Made by a program: the position numbers and the translations under genes. From an uncultured delta proteobacterium (GTDB lineage Bacteria; Myxococcota_A; UBA9160; SZUA-336), in assembly GCA_963704165.1 (NCBI GenBank), contig CAVPHD010000004.1, positions 64,001-128,000 of the forward strand: a stretch of DNA of 64,000 nucleotides, in the 5' to 3' direction. The notes under the pieces were generated by a model that saw nothing but the letters and a program-made list of their open reading frames with translations, ran no database searches and had not been told where the DNA came from. This document shows positions 21,084-30,364 of the stretch, in pieces (within the stretch, counting starts at the first letter, position 1; each line of letters begins with the position of its first letter).

Positions 21084-22178
21084 CTAGAAATCCCCCGTCC
21101 GCTCTCTGCCGCCGGGGCCGCTGTACGACGCGGTGTAGCCCGGCTCGCGCGCGAAACGGGGTAGCTGCACCGAGGCGAGCGCCTTGCGCCAGGCGGCGAC
21201 GAGCGCGTCCTCGGCCGCGTAGTCGAACGGATCCTGGAGAACCTTCTCCTCGGTGCCGCCGGCCGCGAGCGGGTGCGCGACCAGCCAGCGCGCGGTCCGC
21301 GCGAGCGCCTCGCGCGCCGGCACGACGTCGCGATAGCCGAGAAGTGAACGCAGCTTCGTCAGATCGAAGACGCGGTGCGTGGACTGGTTCTGCATCACGA
21401 GCGGCCGCGCACAGACGGCGAGCGCATACGGCATCGAGACGATCTCGAGCGGCCTTTCGAGCGCCGAGGCGATGATCTCGACGACCTGGCGCAGCGTCAG
21501 CACTTCCTCGTCGCCGCAGTTCAGGATCTGCCCGGCCGATGCCGCGGGCCGATCGACCGCGAGCAGGATCGCGTGGGCGAGGTTCTCCGCGTAGCCGTAG
21601 TGACAGAGCGTGAGACCGTCGTCGGGCAGAACGATGAAGGGCCGGCGATCGAGGATGCGCCGGACCACGCACCACTCGCGTGGCACGAGCTGGTACGGGC
21701 CGTACACGTACGGGTAGCGGAAGTGCGTCGCCCGCGGGTGGTGCTCGAACACGATCGCTTCGGTGCGCGCGATGCGGACGCCCTTCGTGTCCTCGGCTTC
21801 GGTCGCGACGAGCTTCGCGTTCTCGGGAGTCGGCACCGGCAGTCCCGAAGGCTGCCAGAGTCCCGGATTCATGTAGCCGAGATACGCCGGCCCACCGCCG
21901 ACGGACATGAACCGTTCGCAGCGTCCCACCATCACGCGCGCGGTGACGCGCAACCGCCCATAGGTCGCGACGCAGAGATCGAAGCTGCGATCGCCGAGCG
22001 CTTCGCGCAGTGCGCCCTCGCGGAACGGATCGGTGTGCAGGTGTTCGACGTCCGCGGGGATCTCGGGCACCTCGTGGCGGCCCGAGTGGAGCATGGCGAC
22101 CCGAAAGCCGCGCGCGCGCAGGCCGTTCACGATGAAATGACCGGTCGGCCCGGTCCCTCCGATCACCAGCGCGCGCAT
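21084..22178 (-). CDS. NAD-dependent epimerase/dehydratase family protein
   Basis: ALVIGGTGPTG Rossmann motif, FRYPYVYGP. Confidence 0.85.
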   Translation of the reverse strand: MRALVIGGTGPTGHFIVNGLRARGFRVAMLHSGRHEVPEIPADVEHLHTDPFREGALREALGDRSFDLCVATYGRLRVTARVMVGRCERFMSVGGGPAYLGYMNPGLWQPSGLPVPTPENAKLVATEAEDTKGVRIARTEAIVFEHHPRATHFRYPYVYGPYQLVPREWCVVRRILDRRPFIVLPDDGLTLCHYGYAENLAHAILLAVDRPAASAGQILNCGDEEVLTLRQVVEIIASALERPLEIVSMPYALAVCARPLVMQNQSTHRVFDLTKLRSLLGYRDVVPAREALARTARWLVAHPLAAGGTEEKVLQDPFDYAAEDALVAAWRKALASVQLPRFAREPGYTASYSGPGGRERTGDF

Positions 22179-22333
22179 CGAACCTCCGCAATCGCGACGA
22201 TGGATTCGAGTCCCACCGGCTTGGAGGATCTCACGGCGACTCGCGTGACTTCCACCGAGTCCGCTTGACCCTGGGTTTTCGCCGGTGTTCCATTGAATCG
22301 GGTGAGAATCGGGGACCCCGCGGGGAGCAGAAG

Positions 22334-23197
22334 ATGCCGATGGACCTGTCGCTGATCGGGCGCGAGATCGGGCCGAACGAGATCCGCTGGACGCCCGAGG
22401 ACTGCATGCTCTACGCGCTCGGCATCGGTGCGGGGACCACCGAGCTCCGGTTCACGACCGAGAACACCGACGGAGCGCCGCTTCGCGTGCTGCCGACCTT
22501 CGTCACCACGGTCGGGCGCGGTGGAGGCGCGGGGCAGGTCGACGTGCTCTCGTTCGGCAGCTACGGCCTGCACCAGGTCGTGCACGCGAGCCAGGGGGTC
22601 GAGCTGCTCCGCGCGCTCGCGCCGACCGGGCACGCCGTCTCGACGATGCGTGTGGTCGGCATCTGGGACAAACGCGTGGGCGCGCTCGTCGAGCTCGAGA
22701 CCACCGGGCGGGACCCGGCGACGAACGAGGTCATGTACCGGAACACGACCTCGATCTTCGTGTTCGACGAGGGGGGATTCGGAGGCCCGCGGGGTCCGGT
22801 GATCGGCGGTCCGCGGCGCCCCTCGCGCGAGCCGGACCACACGATCTCGGAGGTGACGCGAACCGACCAGGCGCTGCTGTACCGGCTTTCGGGCGACCGA
22901 AACCGGCTTCACAGCGATCCCGCCGTGGCCGCGCTCGCCGGGTTCGATCGCCCGATCCTGCACGGGCTGTGCACGTTCGGCTTCGCCGGCCGCGCGCTCC
23001 TCAACGTGCTCTGCGACGGAGATCCCGCGCGGTTCGGAGGCATGTCGGGCCGCTTCGCCAAGCCCGGCTTTCCCGGCGACACGCTGACGACCCGGATCTG
23101 GATCGATCGCGACACCGCGCTCTTCGAGACCCACAGCCAACGCGGCGAGGCGCTGTTCGAGCGCGGCACGTTCAGCTTCGCGAAGCCACAGGACTAG
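22334..23197 (+). CDS. MaoC/double-hotdog (R)-enoyl-CoA hydratase
   Basis: LYALGIGA, YRLSGDRNRLHSDP, PILHGLCTFG. Confidence 0.92.
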   Translation: MPMDLSLIGREIGPNEIRWTPEDCMLYALGIGAGTTELRFTTENTDGAPLRVLPTFVTTVGRGGGAGQVDVLSFGSYGLHQVVHASQGVELLRALAPTGHAVSTMRVVGIWDKRVGALVELETTGRDPATNEVMYRNTTSIFVFDEGGFGGPRGPVIGGPRRPSREPDHTISEVTRTDQALLYRLSGDRNRLHSDPAVAALAGFDRPILHGLCTFGFAGRALLNVLCDGDPARFGGMSGRFAKPGFPGDTLTTRIWIDRDTALFETHSQRGEALFERGTFSFAKPQD

Positions 23198-23201
23198 CCC
23201 G

Positions 23202-24074
23202 GTGCGGTTCTCGTACGCGGAGTCCATGTGCGATCCGAGTCAGTACCTGCCGCTCGCGATGGCGGCCGAGGCCGCCGGCTGGAACTCCTTCGTCGTCCCC
23301 GACAGCCTCTGCTACCCGGAAGTTTCGGACAGCACGTATCCGTACACGCCCGACGGTCGGCGCGAGTTCCTCGAGGACAAGCCGTTCATCGAGCCGTTCT
23401 CGCTGATTCCGGCGATGGGTGCGGTGACGCAGACGCTTCGCTTCACGACCTTCGTCGTGAAGCTGCCGATCCGGAATCCCGTCCTGGTCGCAAAGTCGGC
23501 CTGCTCGGTCGCGGTGCTGACCGGCAATCGCTTCGGCTTCGGCATCGGACTGAGTCCGTGGCCCGAGGATTTCGAAGTCACCGGCACGGACTGGGCGACG
23601 CGCGGCGCGCGGATGGACGAGATGATCGAGATCATTCGCGGGCTCTCGCGGGGCGGGTTCTTCTCCTTCCGCGGGGCTCACTACCGGATTCCGAGCATCA
23701 AGCAGTCGCCGGTTCCGTCGCGCCCGATTCCGTTCCTGATCGGCGGGCACGCCGAGCCCGCGCTGCGCCGCGCCGCGCTTCTCGGCGACGGGTGGATGCA
23801 CGCCGGCGGCGATTCCGAAACGCTCGCGCGCCTGCTCGCCCGGCTGCGCGAGCTTCGCCGCGAGCACGGCCGGGATCGCATGCCCTTCGAGGTGCACGCG
23901 ATCTCGCTCGATGCGTACACGCCCGACGGTGTTCGCCGCCTCGAGGATCTCGGCGTCACCGACGTGATCGTCGGGTTTCGCAACGTCTACGAAAGAGACA
24001 CGCAGACGCTGCAAGAGAAGATCGACGCTCTGCGCGGATACGCGGATCGCGTGATCGGGAAGCTCGCGCGCTAG
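23202..24074 (+). CDS. LLM class (probably F420-dependent) oxidoreductase
   Basis: AEAAGW..VPDS, RNPVLVAK, GIGLSPWPEDF, IGGHAEPALRRAA..GDGW. Confidence 0.88.
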   Translation: MRFSYAESMCDPSQYLPLAMAAEAAGWNSFVVPDSLCYPEVSDSTYPYTPDGRREFLEDKPFIEPFSLIPAMGAVTQTLRFTTFVVKLPIRNPVLVAKSACSVAVLTGNRFGFGIGLSPWPEDFEVTGTDWATRGARMDEMIEIIRGLSRGGFFSFRGAHYRIPSIKQSPVPSRPIPFLIGGHAEPALRRAALLGDGWMHAGGDSETLARLLARLRELRREHGRDRMPFEVHAISLDAYTPDGVRRLEDLGVTDVIVGFRNVYERDTQTLQEKIDALRGYADRVIGKLAR

Positions 24075-24085
24075 ACTGGGCGCCG

Positions 24086-24523
24086 ATGGCGAAGCGAAGC
24101 GAGACTGACGAGAGCGCGGAGGAGCAGCTTTCGCGCTGCGGGCTTCGAGCGACGCAACAGCGTGTCGCCGTGCTGCGCCTGCTCCGTGCGGATCGCGGGC
24201 ACCCGTCCGCGATCGACGTGCACGGCCGCCTCGTCTCGCGTCACCCGAATCTGAGTCAGAAGACCGTCTACGAGATCCTCGACACGCTCGTCGACGTCGA
24301 GTTGGCGCGTCGTGTCACACAGATCAGCGGGCCGGCGCGGTACGAGGTGCGGCTGGAACGCCACGATCACGCCTGGTGTCGGAGCTGCGGCCGGCTCTTC
24401 GACGTCGCCAGCAGCGCGAAGGACGCGATCCGCGCGCGCGCGGATCTGCCCGAGGGCTTCCGGCTCGAGGGCATCCAGGTCACCCTCGAAGGGCGCTGTG
24501 CCCGCTGTGCCCGCGTCCCTTGA
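24086..24523 (+). CDS. Fur family transcriptional regulator
   Basis: GLRATQQR, HPSA, SQKTVYEIL, HDHAWCRSCG, GRCARC. Confidence 0.9.
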   Translation: MAKRSETDESAEEQLSRCGLRATQQRVAVLRLLRADRGHPSAIDVHGRLVSRHPNLSQKTVYEILDTLVDVELARRVTQISGPARYEVRLERHDHAWCRSCGRLFDVASSAKDAIRARADLPEGFRLEGIQVTLEGRCARCARVP

Positions 24524-24537
24524 GACGATTTTTCTTA

Positions 24538-24552
24538 TTGACAATGATTGTC
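24538..24552 (+). promoter_or_regulatory. Fur-box-like palindrome overlapping a consensus -35 element
   Basis: TTGACA (24538-24543) overlaps GACAAT-G-ATTGTC (24540-24552) in an AT-rich patch directly after the Fur-family gene. Confidence 0.65.
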
Positions 24553-24569
24553 GTCTGAAATAGAGAGAG

Positions 24570-25673
24570 ATGGTGAGATCAAAGCTGTTCGCGTTCACGA
24601 TGTCACTCATCTTCGCATTCGTTGCGGTTGCCGCGGGCGTGGACATGCCGGTCCCCGAAGGCGTGATGGCTCCCGAAGTCCCTGCGGACAATCCCCTCAC
24701 CGCCGCGAAGGTGGAGCTCGGAAAGAAGCTCTACTTCGATCGCCGGCTCTCGAAGGACGACACGATCTCGTGTGCGACCTGTCACGATCCGCGCGCGGGC
24801 TTTGCCGAGCACAAGCGGGTCTCCGACGGAGTCGCCGGAGGAAAGGGCGTTCGCAACGCCCCGACGGCGCTGAACGCGGCGTTCTTCCGCGAGCAGTTCT
24901 GGGACGGACGCGCGCCGACGCTCGAAGCGCAGGCGGTGCTGCCGATCATCAATCCCGTCGAGATGGCGATGCCGGACCATCCCGCGGTCGAAGCGAAGCT
25001 CGCGGGCCTCGCGGACTACCCGCCGCTCTTCCAGAAGGCCTTCGGAGATCCGAAAGTGACGATCGTTCGCGTCGGCCAGGCGCTGGCGAGCTTCGAGCGC
25101 ACGCTGCTCTCGCTCGACGCGCCGATCGACCGGTTCCTCGCGGGGGACGCGAAGGCGATCTCGGAATCCGCGAAGCGCGGCTGGGCGCTCTACAACGGCA
25201 AGGCGCGCTGCGTGACGTGCCACGCCCACGCGTCGGTGTTTCCGCTCTTCACCGACGAGAAGTACCACAACCTCGGCGTGGCCTCGAAGCCGAAGCTCTT
25301 CGTCGAGCTCGCGCGAAGGGTCGAGGCTCGGCCGGACGAGCTCGAGACGCTCGCCGGGACGCCCGGCATCGAGGAGCTCGGGCGTTTCGCCGTCACCCGG
25401 CAGCGTCAGGATCTCGGCGCATTCAAGACGCCGCACCTGCGCAACATCGCGCTCACCGCGCCGTACATGCACGACGGCAGCGAAGCGACGCTCGAAGACG
25501 TGATCGTGTTCTACGACATCGGCGGCAATCCGAATCCCTGGCTCGACGGCGGCATGCGCCCCCTCGAGCTCACCGAGCAGGAGAAGGCCGATCTGGTCGC
25601 CCTGCTCGAGACGTTCACGAGCACCGATCTCTCGCGCTTCGACGACCTCGTGAAGCTCATGCCCCAACCGTAA
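24570..25673 (+). CDS. Diheme cytochrome c peroxidase superfamily protein, MauG-like
   Basis: Signal peptide; CATCH and CVTCH; QFWDGRA; FKTPHLRN, APYMHDG, VIVFYDIGG. Alternative start ATG at 24600. Confidence 0.92.
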   Translation: MVRSKLFAFTMSLIFAFVAVAAGVDMPVPEGVMAPEVPADNPLTAAKVELGKKLYFDRRLSKDDTISCATCHDPRAGFAEHKRVSDGVAGGKGVRNAPTALNAAFFREQFWDGRAPTLEAQAVLPIINPVEMAMPDHPAVEAKLAGLADYPPLFQKAFGDPKVTIVRVGQALASFERTLLSLDAPIDRFLAGDAKAISESAKRGWALYNGKARCVTCHAHASVFPLFTDEKYHNLGVASKPKLFVELARRVEARPDELETLAGTPGIEELGRFAVTRQRQDLGAFKTPHLRNIALTAPYMHDGSEATLEDVIVFYDIGGNPNPWLDGGMRPLELTEQEKADLVALLETFTSTDLSRFDDLVKLMPQP

Positions 25674-25684
25674 GGAGCCACGTC

Positions 25685-26816
25685 ATGCCGAAACACCTGA
25701 CTCCGAGAGAGCTCGAACGCGAGCTGCGCGAACGTTCACCCGAGTCCGAGCGGCTGATCCGCTCGCTCACCAACTGCGACCGGCGGCACTTCCTGAAGGT
25801 GTCGGCGAAGTTCGCCGCGATGGCCGCGGCGGCGAGCGTGATCCAGCCGCACGCGTTCCAGCTGGTGAACGTCGCGTACGCGGCCGACGTGCCTGGCACT
25901 TCGCCCGATGTCGCGTTCCGCTTCGCGTACATCTCCGATTCGCACCTGTTCTCGCGCGGCATGACGCACCGATTCGCGAAGGCGACCCTGAAGGCCGTTC
26001 AGGACGTGAACGCCCTCGATCCGCAGCCGGACTTCGTCCTCTACGGCGGAGACCTCGCCCAGCTCGGCCGCGCCGACGAGCTCGCGCTCGGTCAGCAGAT
26101 CCTGAAGGAGCTGAAGGCGCCGGTGAAGATGATGGTCGGCGAGCACGACTGGTACCTCGACATGGGCCAGAAGTGGAACGAGATGTTCGGCCCCGACCAC
26201 TACTCGTTCGACCACAAGGGCGTGCACTTCGTCGCGCTGAACAGCGTCATCGAGAAGGACTTCTGGACCGCGAAGGGGTACTCGCCCGAGGAGCGCATGA
26301 ACATCGTCGCCGGACTCGACGACGGCCGACAGAGCCGGTTCGAGGTCGGCGAAGCGCAGCGCGACTGGCTGAAGCAGGATCTGGCGAAGGTCGACAAGAA
26401 CACGCCGGTCGTCGTCTTCTCACACTCGCCGCTCTACAAGTACTACGAGCCCTGGAACTTCTGGACCGACGACGCCGAGCAGGTGCAGGCGCTGCTCTTC
26501 CCGTTCAAGAGCGTGACGGTGATCCACGGACACACGCATCAGCTGCTGACGAACCGGATCAGGAACATCAGCTTCCACGGCCTGCTCTCGACGGCTTGGC
26601 CGTGGCCGTACGCGCCGACGGGCCTGCCCGCGCTGACGCGTGCAGATGGATCGCCCGGACCCGTTCAACCAGTTCGACGGCTGCGGGGACGGCAGCATCG
26701 ACGTGCTGAAGAGCGGGCAGGCGAACCTCGACTACAACCTCTGGGATCGCAACCCGCGCAGCGTGACCCACGCCGAGATCGTCGCTGGCATCAAGGGCGG
26801 CGGTCCATCCTACTAG
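25685..26816 (+). CDS. Tat-exported metallophosphoesterase-fold protein (frameshift near 26638)
   Basis: DRRHFLK twin-arginine motif; ISDSH, GGDL, VGEHDW, FSHSP, HGHTH; C-terminus VQMDRPDPFNQFDGCG in a shifted frame ending at TAG 26816. Confidence 0.85.
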
Positions 26817-26830
26817 ACCGGAAGGAGTCG

Positions 26831-27520
26831 ATGATGAGATCTCTGCGAGCGTTGGGAGTGACTGCCGCCGCCGTCGTCGCCGCCGCGGGCCTCCATGCCG
26901 GGGTGCAGCGCGAGGCGTTGGCCGAGGAGTGGGCGTCGCGCACCGTGTACGCGTGCGACCAGCGCAAGGTGGTCATTGTCGAGGGCGTTCGCTCCGACGA
27001 GAGGCTCTCGCCCGAGAAGGCGCAGCAGGTCGCGGACCTGCTGACCGATCTGATGCGCTACTGCAACGCCGAGGTGACCGCGCGGATCGCGCGGAACGAG
27101 CTCATCACGCTCAGCATCAACGGGCTTCCCTTCCAGCACTACGTGCCGGGAAGCGAGCCGCCGATCGAGCTCGTTCGCGGGAAGTCGGACTACGGTGACC
27201 GCGACCGCGCGATCTGGAAGGCGGAGCTCGACAGGCTCGTGAAGGAGGGCGACCGGCTCTTCCACAGCGACGAGATCGGCACGAACGGCATCGCCTGCGC
27301 GATGTGCCACCCGCACGCTTCGAACACGCACCCGGAGACCTATCCGAAGTTCCAGATCGAGATGAAGCAGGTGGCGCTGCTTCGGGACATGGTCAACTGG
27401 TGCATCGAGAACCCGCTCGAGGGTCCGAAGCTCGCGGCCGACGACCCGAAGATGCGCGCGCTCGAGGCGTACATCCTCTCGCAGCGGAAGGGCGTCGCGA
27501 TGGACGCTGGCAAGCACTAG
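26831..27520 (+). CDS. Exported monoheme c-type cytochrome, SoxA/TsdA-like heme domain
   Basis: AAGGAG RBS, signal peptide, CAMCH, YPKF...LRDMVNWCIENPLEG...MRALEAYI. Confidence 0.8.
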   Translation: MMRSLRALGVTAAAVVAAAGLHAGVQREALAEEWASRTVYACDQRKVVIVEGVRSDERLSPEKAQQVADLLTDLMRYCNAEVTARIARNELITLSINGLPFQHYVPGSEPPIELVRGKSDYGDRDRAIWKAELDRLVKEGDRLFHSDEIGTNGIACAMCHPHASNTHPETYPKFQIEMKQVALLRDMVNWCIENPLEGPKLAADDPKMRALEAYILSQRKGVAMDAGKH

Positions 27521-27523
27521 CGG

Positions 27524-28669
27524 CTAGGGCGCGCGAAGGAGCTCGTCCAGCGTTCGGTGGAAGTGCTGCCCGCCGCCCTCGTTGCGGCCGAAGAGCACGT
27601 GACTCCGCGCGCCCGTTTGGAGCGCGCGCTGCTGGCGCAGGCCGGTCGCGTAGTCCTCTTCGCGAACGACGTAGCCGAGGAGCTCGAACATCTTCTCGGC
27701 GGCCGCGCGTTCGGCGTCGTCGGGCGGCTTCTCCATCACGAAGGACTGGATCGTCGTCGATTCGAGCGGCGTCTCGCCGGGAAAGAGCTGGGAGATCAGC
27801 ACCGCGCGCGCGCCGACGTCGAAGGTCGCGATCGAGACGTGCGGGAAGATCGTCCACACCCCGCCGATCAGCTCCGATGTCGGCCACGCCTCTTCGGGAC
27901 GGTCCTCGAGCGCGAGCAGCGCCGGATTCGGGAACGTCACGCGTTGGTGCGGGCCGAACGCGTCGTAGAGCGCGCGGTTCGGGAGCGATCCGCCGATCGT
28001 GTTCTTGTGCAGGACGGGCAGGTGATAGAAGTCGAGATACCCGTCGTAGGCGATCTTCCAGTTCGGTCCGGCGACGCTGCGCCGACTGACGAGGTGCCAG
28101 CTCTCGAATCCGAAGAGCCCGAGCAGCTCGCCGTACCCACACAGGAAAGCGTCGATGTCGAGCGTCGAGGCGGGGTCGAGCGCGACCCAGACCAGGCCCG
28201 CGCGCTCCGCGACCGGAAGCTGCACCAATCCGTGACAGGCGCGATCGACGTTCCCGAAGTCGCGCTCCGATGGGATCCCGACCAGCGCACCGTCCTCGTC
28301 GTAGGTCCAGGCGTGGTACGGACAGACGAATCGCCGCGCGCGACCCGGCCCGTCGGGCGCGATCTGGGCACCGCGATGAGAGCAGCTGTTGACGAACGCC
28401 CGCAATGCGCCGTCGGAGCCGCGCACGATCAGCACCGGAACGCCGACCGCGTCGAGTGCCTTGTACGAACCCGCACCTTCGAGCTCGCACGAGAGCGCGA
28501 GCACGAGGGGCACGCGCTTCCAGACACGGTCGATCTCGAGCCGGAAGCGCGCGGGATCGACGTAGTGCGCACCGGGGACTCGGAGCACGTCCGGCGCCTG
28601 GTCGATCGTGCCGGCCTTCACGTGGGCGATGTTCCGACACGCCATTCGCACGAGCTCGGACCGGCTCAC
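27524..28669 (-). CDS. Rieske ring-hydroxylating oxygenase alpha subunit
   Basis: CSHRG...CPYHAW Rieske motif; NWK...DFYHLPVLH; EEDY. Confidence 0.92.
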   Translation of the reverse strand: MSRSELVRMACRNIAHVKAGTIDQAPDVLRVPGAHYVDPARFRLEIDRVWKRVPLVLALSCELEGAGSYKALDAVGVPVLIVRGSDGALRAFVNSCSHRGAQIAPDGPGRARRFVCPYHAWTYDEDGALVGIPSERDFGNVDRACHGLVQLPVAERAGLVWVALDPASTLDIDAFLCGYGELLGLFGFESWHLVSRRSVAGPNWKIAYDGYLDFYHLPVLHKNTIGGSLPNRALYDAFGPHQRVTFPNPALLALEDRPEEAWPTSELIGGVWTIFPHVSIATFDVGARAVLISQLFPGETPLESTTIQSFVMEKPPDDAERAAAEKMFELLGYVVREEDYATGLRQQRALQTGARSHVLFGRNEGGGQHFHRTLDELLRAP

Positions 28670-28682
28670 GTCGTCTTCCTTC

Positions 28683-30067
28683 TCAGTCTTGGATCCACTT
28701 CTCGAGCAGCGTGTGGAAGTGGCGGATCTTCGACTCCTGGTAGTTGGCGAGCGTCACTCCGGGCTTCTGCATCGCCTTCAAGCCGCGCTGGACCTTCGGC
28801 AGGTTGAAGACGTCCTGGTTGAAGATGCGCGCGAGCGAGCCGAGCTCCGGCGCGTCGCACCAGTCGTCGTCGACGCCGAGCCAGTGGATCTTCGCGGCGG
28901 GCGGTTTCTCGCTGCCCTCGGGCCAGGGCGCGAGATACATGCACTCCATGATCGACATCTCGTGGTCGTCGCCGTACGGGCCGAAAGCGATAGACGATGC
29001 GATTGAACGCGCCCCAGGGATGGAAGTTCGGGAACACCGTGTAGTAGAAGCTGTCGACGAGTTCGGAGTCGCAGAGCCCGTCGGCGTACGTCTTGCCGCA
29101 CACGCCGCGCAGCATCGCGCGCGTTCCCTCGGCCGCGACCTGCGCGCGCGGTCATGCCGGGCGGGATCACGAGCGACGGCTCCTCGTCGAGCCGGCGATC
29201 GACCATCGCGTCGAGCATCTCCTGCTCGGTCGGCTGCCAGTCGAGATGCGGGCTCGGCGTGCCGTTCGGCGAGATCGCGCGCGAGAAATTCTCGTAGATG
29301 TCGTACTGCGAGTTCGCGTCGCCGATGCCGGGCAGGATCTGGGGATGCGTGCCGATCACGTGGTAGGCCTCGCTGAACGCCTCCTGCACGACCTTCCAGT
29401 TCGCCGCCAGGATCTTCGCCACGTGCGCCTGCTTGTAGCGCTTCTCGAGCGGCCAGCGCGCGAACTGACGGTCGAGTCCGACCAGATACCTCTCGAGCGG
29501 CTCGCACTCGGGATCCATGTTGATGAAGACGAATCCGCCCCAGGTGCCGACCTTGCACTCGGGCAGCGCGAACTTCGCCTTCTCGACGTGGGGGAAGTCC
29601 CAGTCGGCGGGAATCGTCTCGAGCTTTCCGTCGAGGCTCCAGGTGAAGCCGTGAAAGGGACAGCGGATCTGCCGGCAGTTGCCGTCGCGCTCGCGCAGGA
29701 TGCGCCCGCGGTGCAGGCAGACGTTGTGGTAGGCCTTGATCACCGTCGGCGCGCTTCGAATCACCAGGATCGACAGGTTCGCGATCTCGTACACGACGTG
29801 ATCGCCGACCTCGGGGATGTCTTCTTCGCGGCAGGCCATCTGCCAGACGCGCTTCCAGACCTTCTCGACTTCGATTTCGTGAAACGCGCGCGACGTGTAG
29901 CGCTCGATCGGGATGTCGTCCGAGCCGAGATCTCGCGGCGACGTTTCGCGAAGGATCTCGGGCACGGGTTTGGTGTCGGTGTCGAGAAGCTGTTGATACG
30001 AGAGTCCGCGCGATTTCGGCAGCGTCGGATCGGCCCGGCCGGGCAAGCGCGTTTCGGGCGATGCCAC
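28683..30067 (-). CDS. Rieske ring-hydroxylating oxygenase alpha subunit (frameshifts near 29145 and 28980)
   Basis: CLHRG...CPFHGF; NWK...EAYHVIGTH; YTVFPNFHPW and QDVFNLPKVQRG lie in successive frames. Confidence 0.88.
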
Positions 30068-30069
30068 GC

Positions 30070-30303
30070 TCAATCCCCCGTGCCCGGCGCGGCGCGGCCG
30101 GGGATCGGACGTCGTCCGTCGGGCAGCCGCGCGCCCGCGACCCAACCGATGACGTGCGGATCGGCTTCCTTCAGCTCGCCGTGGTGCCAGCTCGTGTCGG
30201 CGTTGAACCAGCCGGTCGTTCCATCCTTCGTCTCGACGCGGACGAGCCCGTCGGGCTCGAGATCGTAGATCGCACCCGTGACGGCGTGTCGTAGCTTCGG
30301 CAT
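30070..30303 (-). CDS. Small hypothetical protein (77 aa) leading the Rieske operon
   Basis: MPKLRHAVTGAIYDLEPDGLVRVE...; GAGGAG upstream; stop 2 nt before the Rieske GTG. Confidence 0.7.
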   Translation of the reverse strand: MPKLRHAVTGAIYDLEPDGLVRVETKDGTTGWFNADTSWHHGELKEADPHVIGWVAGARLPDGRRPIPGRAAPGTGD

Positions 30304-30364
30304 GCCTCGGAACTCCTCGTCGTTCGAGTCCGCAGCGGCTTCGATCGTACCAGACCGCTCGCGG

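Noticed and set aside
24548..27520. 990-aa ORF suggesting a metallophosphoesterase-cytochrome fusion
   Set aside because: Produced by the frameshift near 26638. The phosphoesterase has its own stop at 26816, and the cytochrome has its own RBS and signal peptide.
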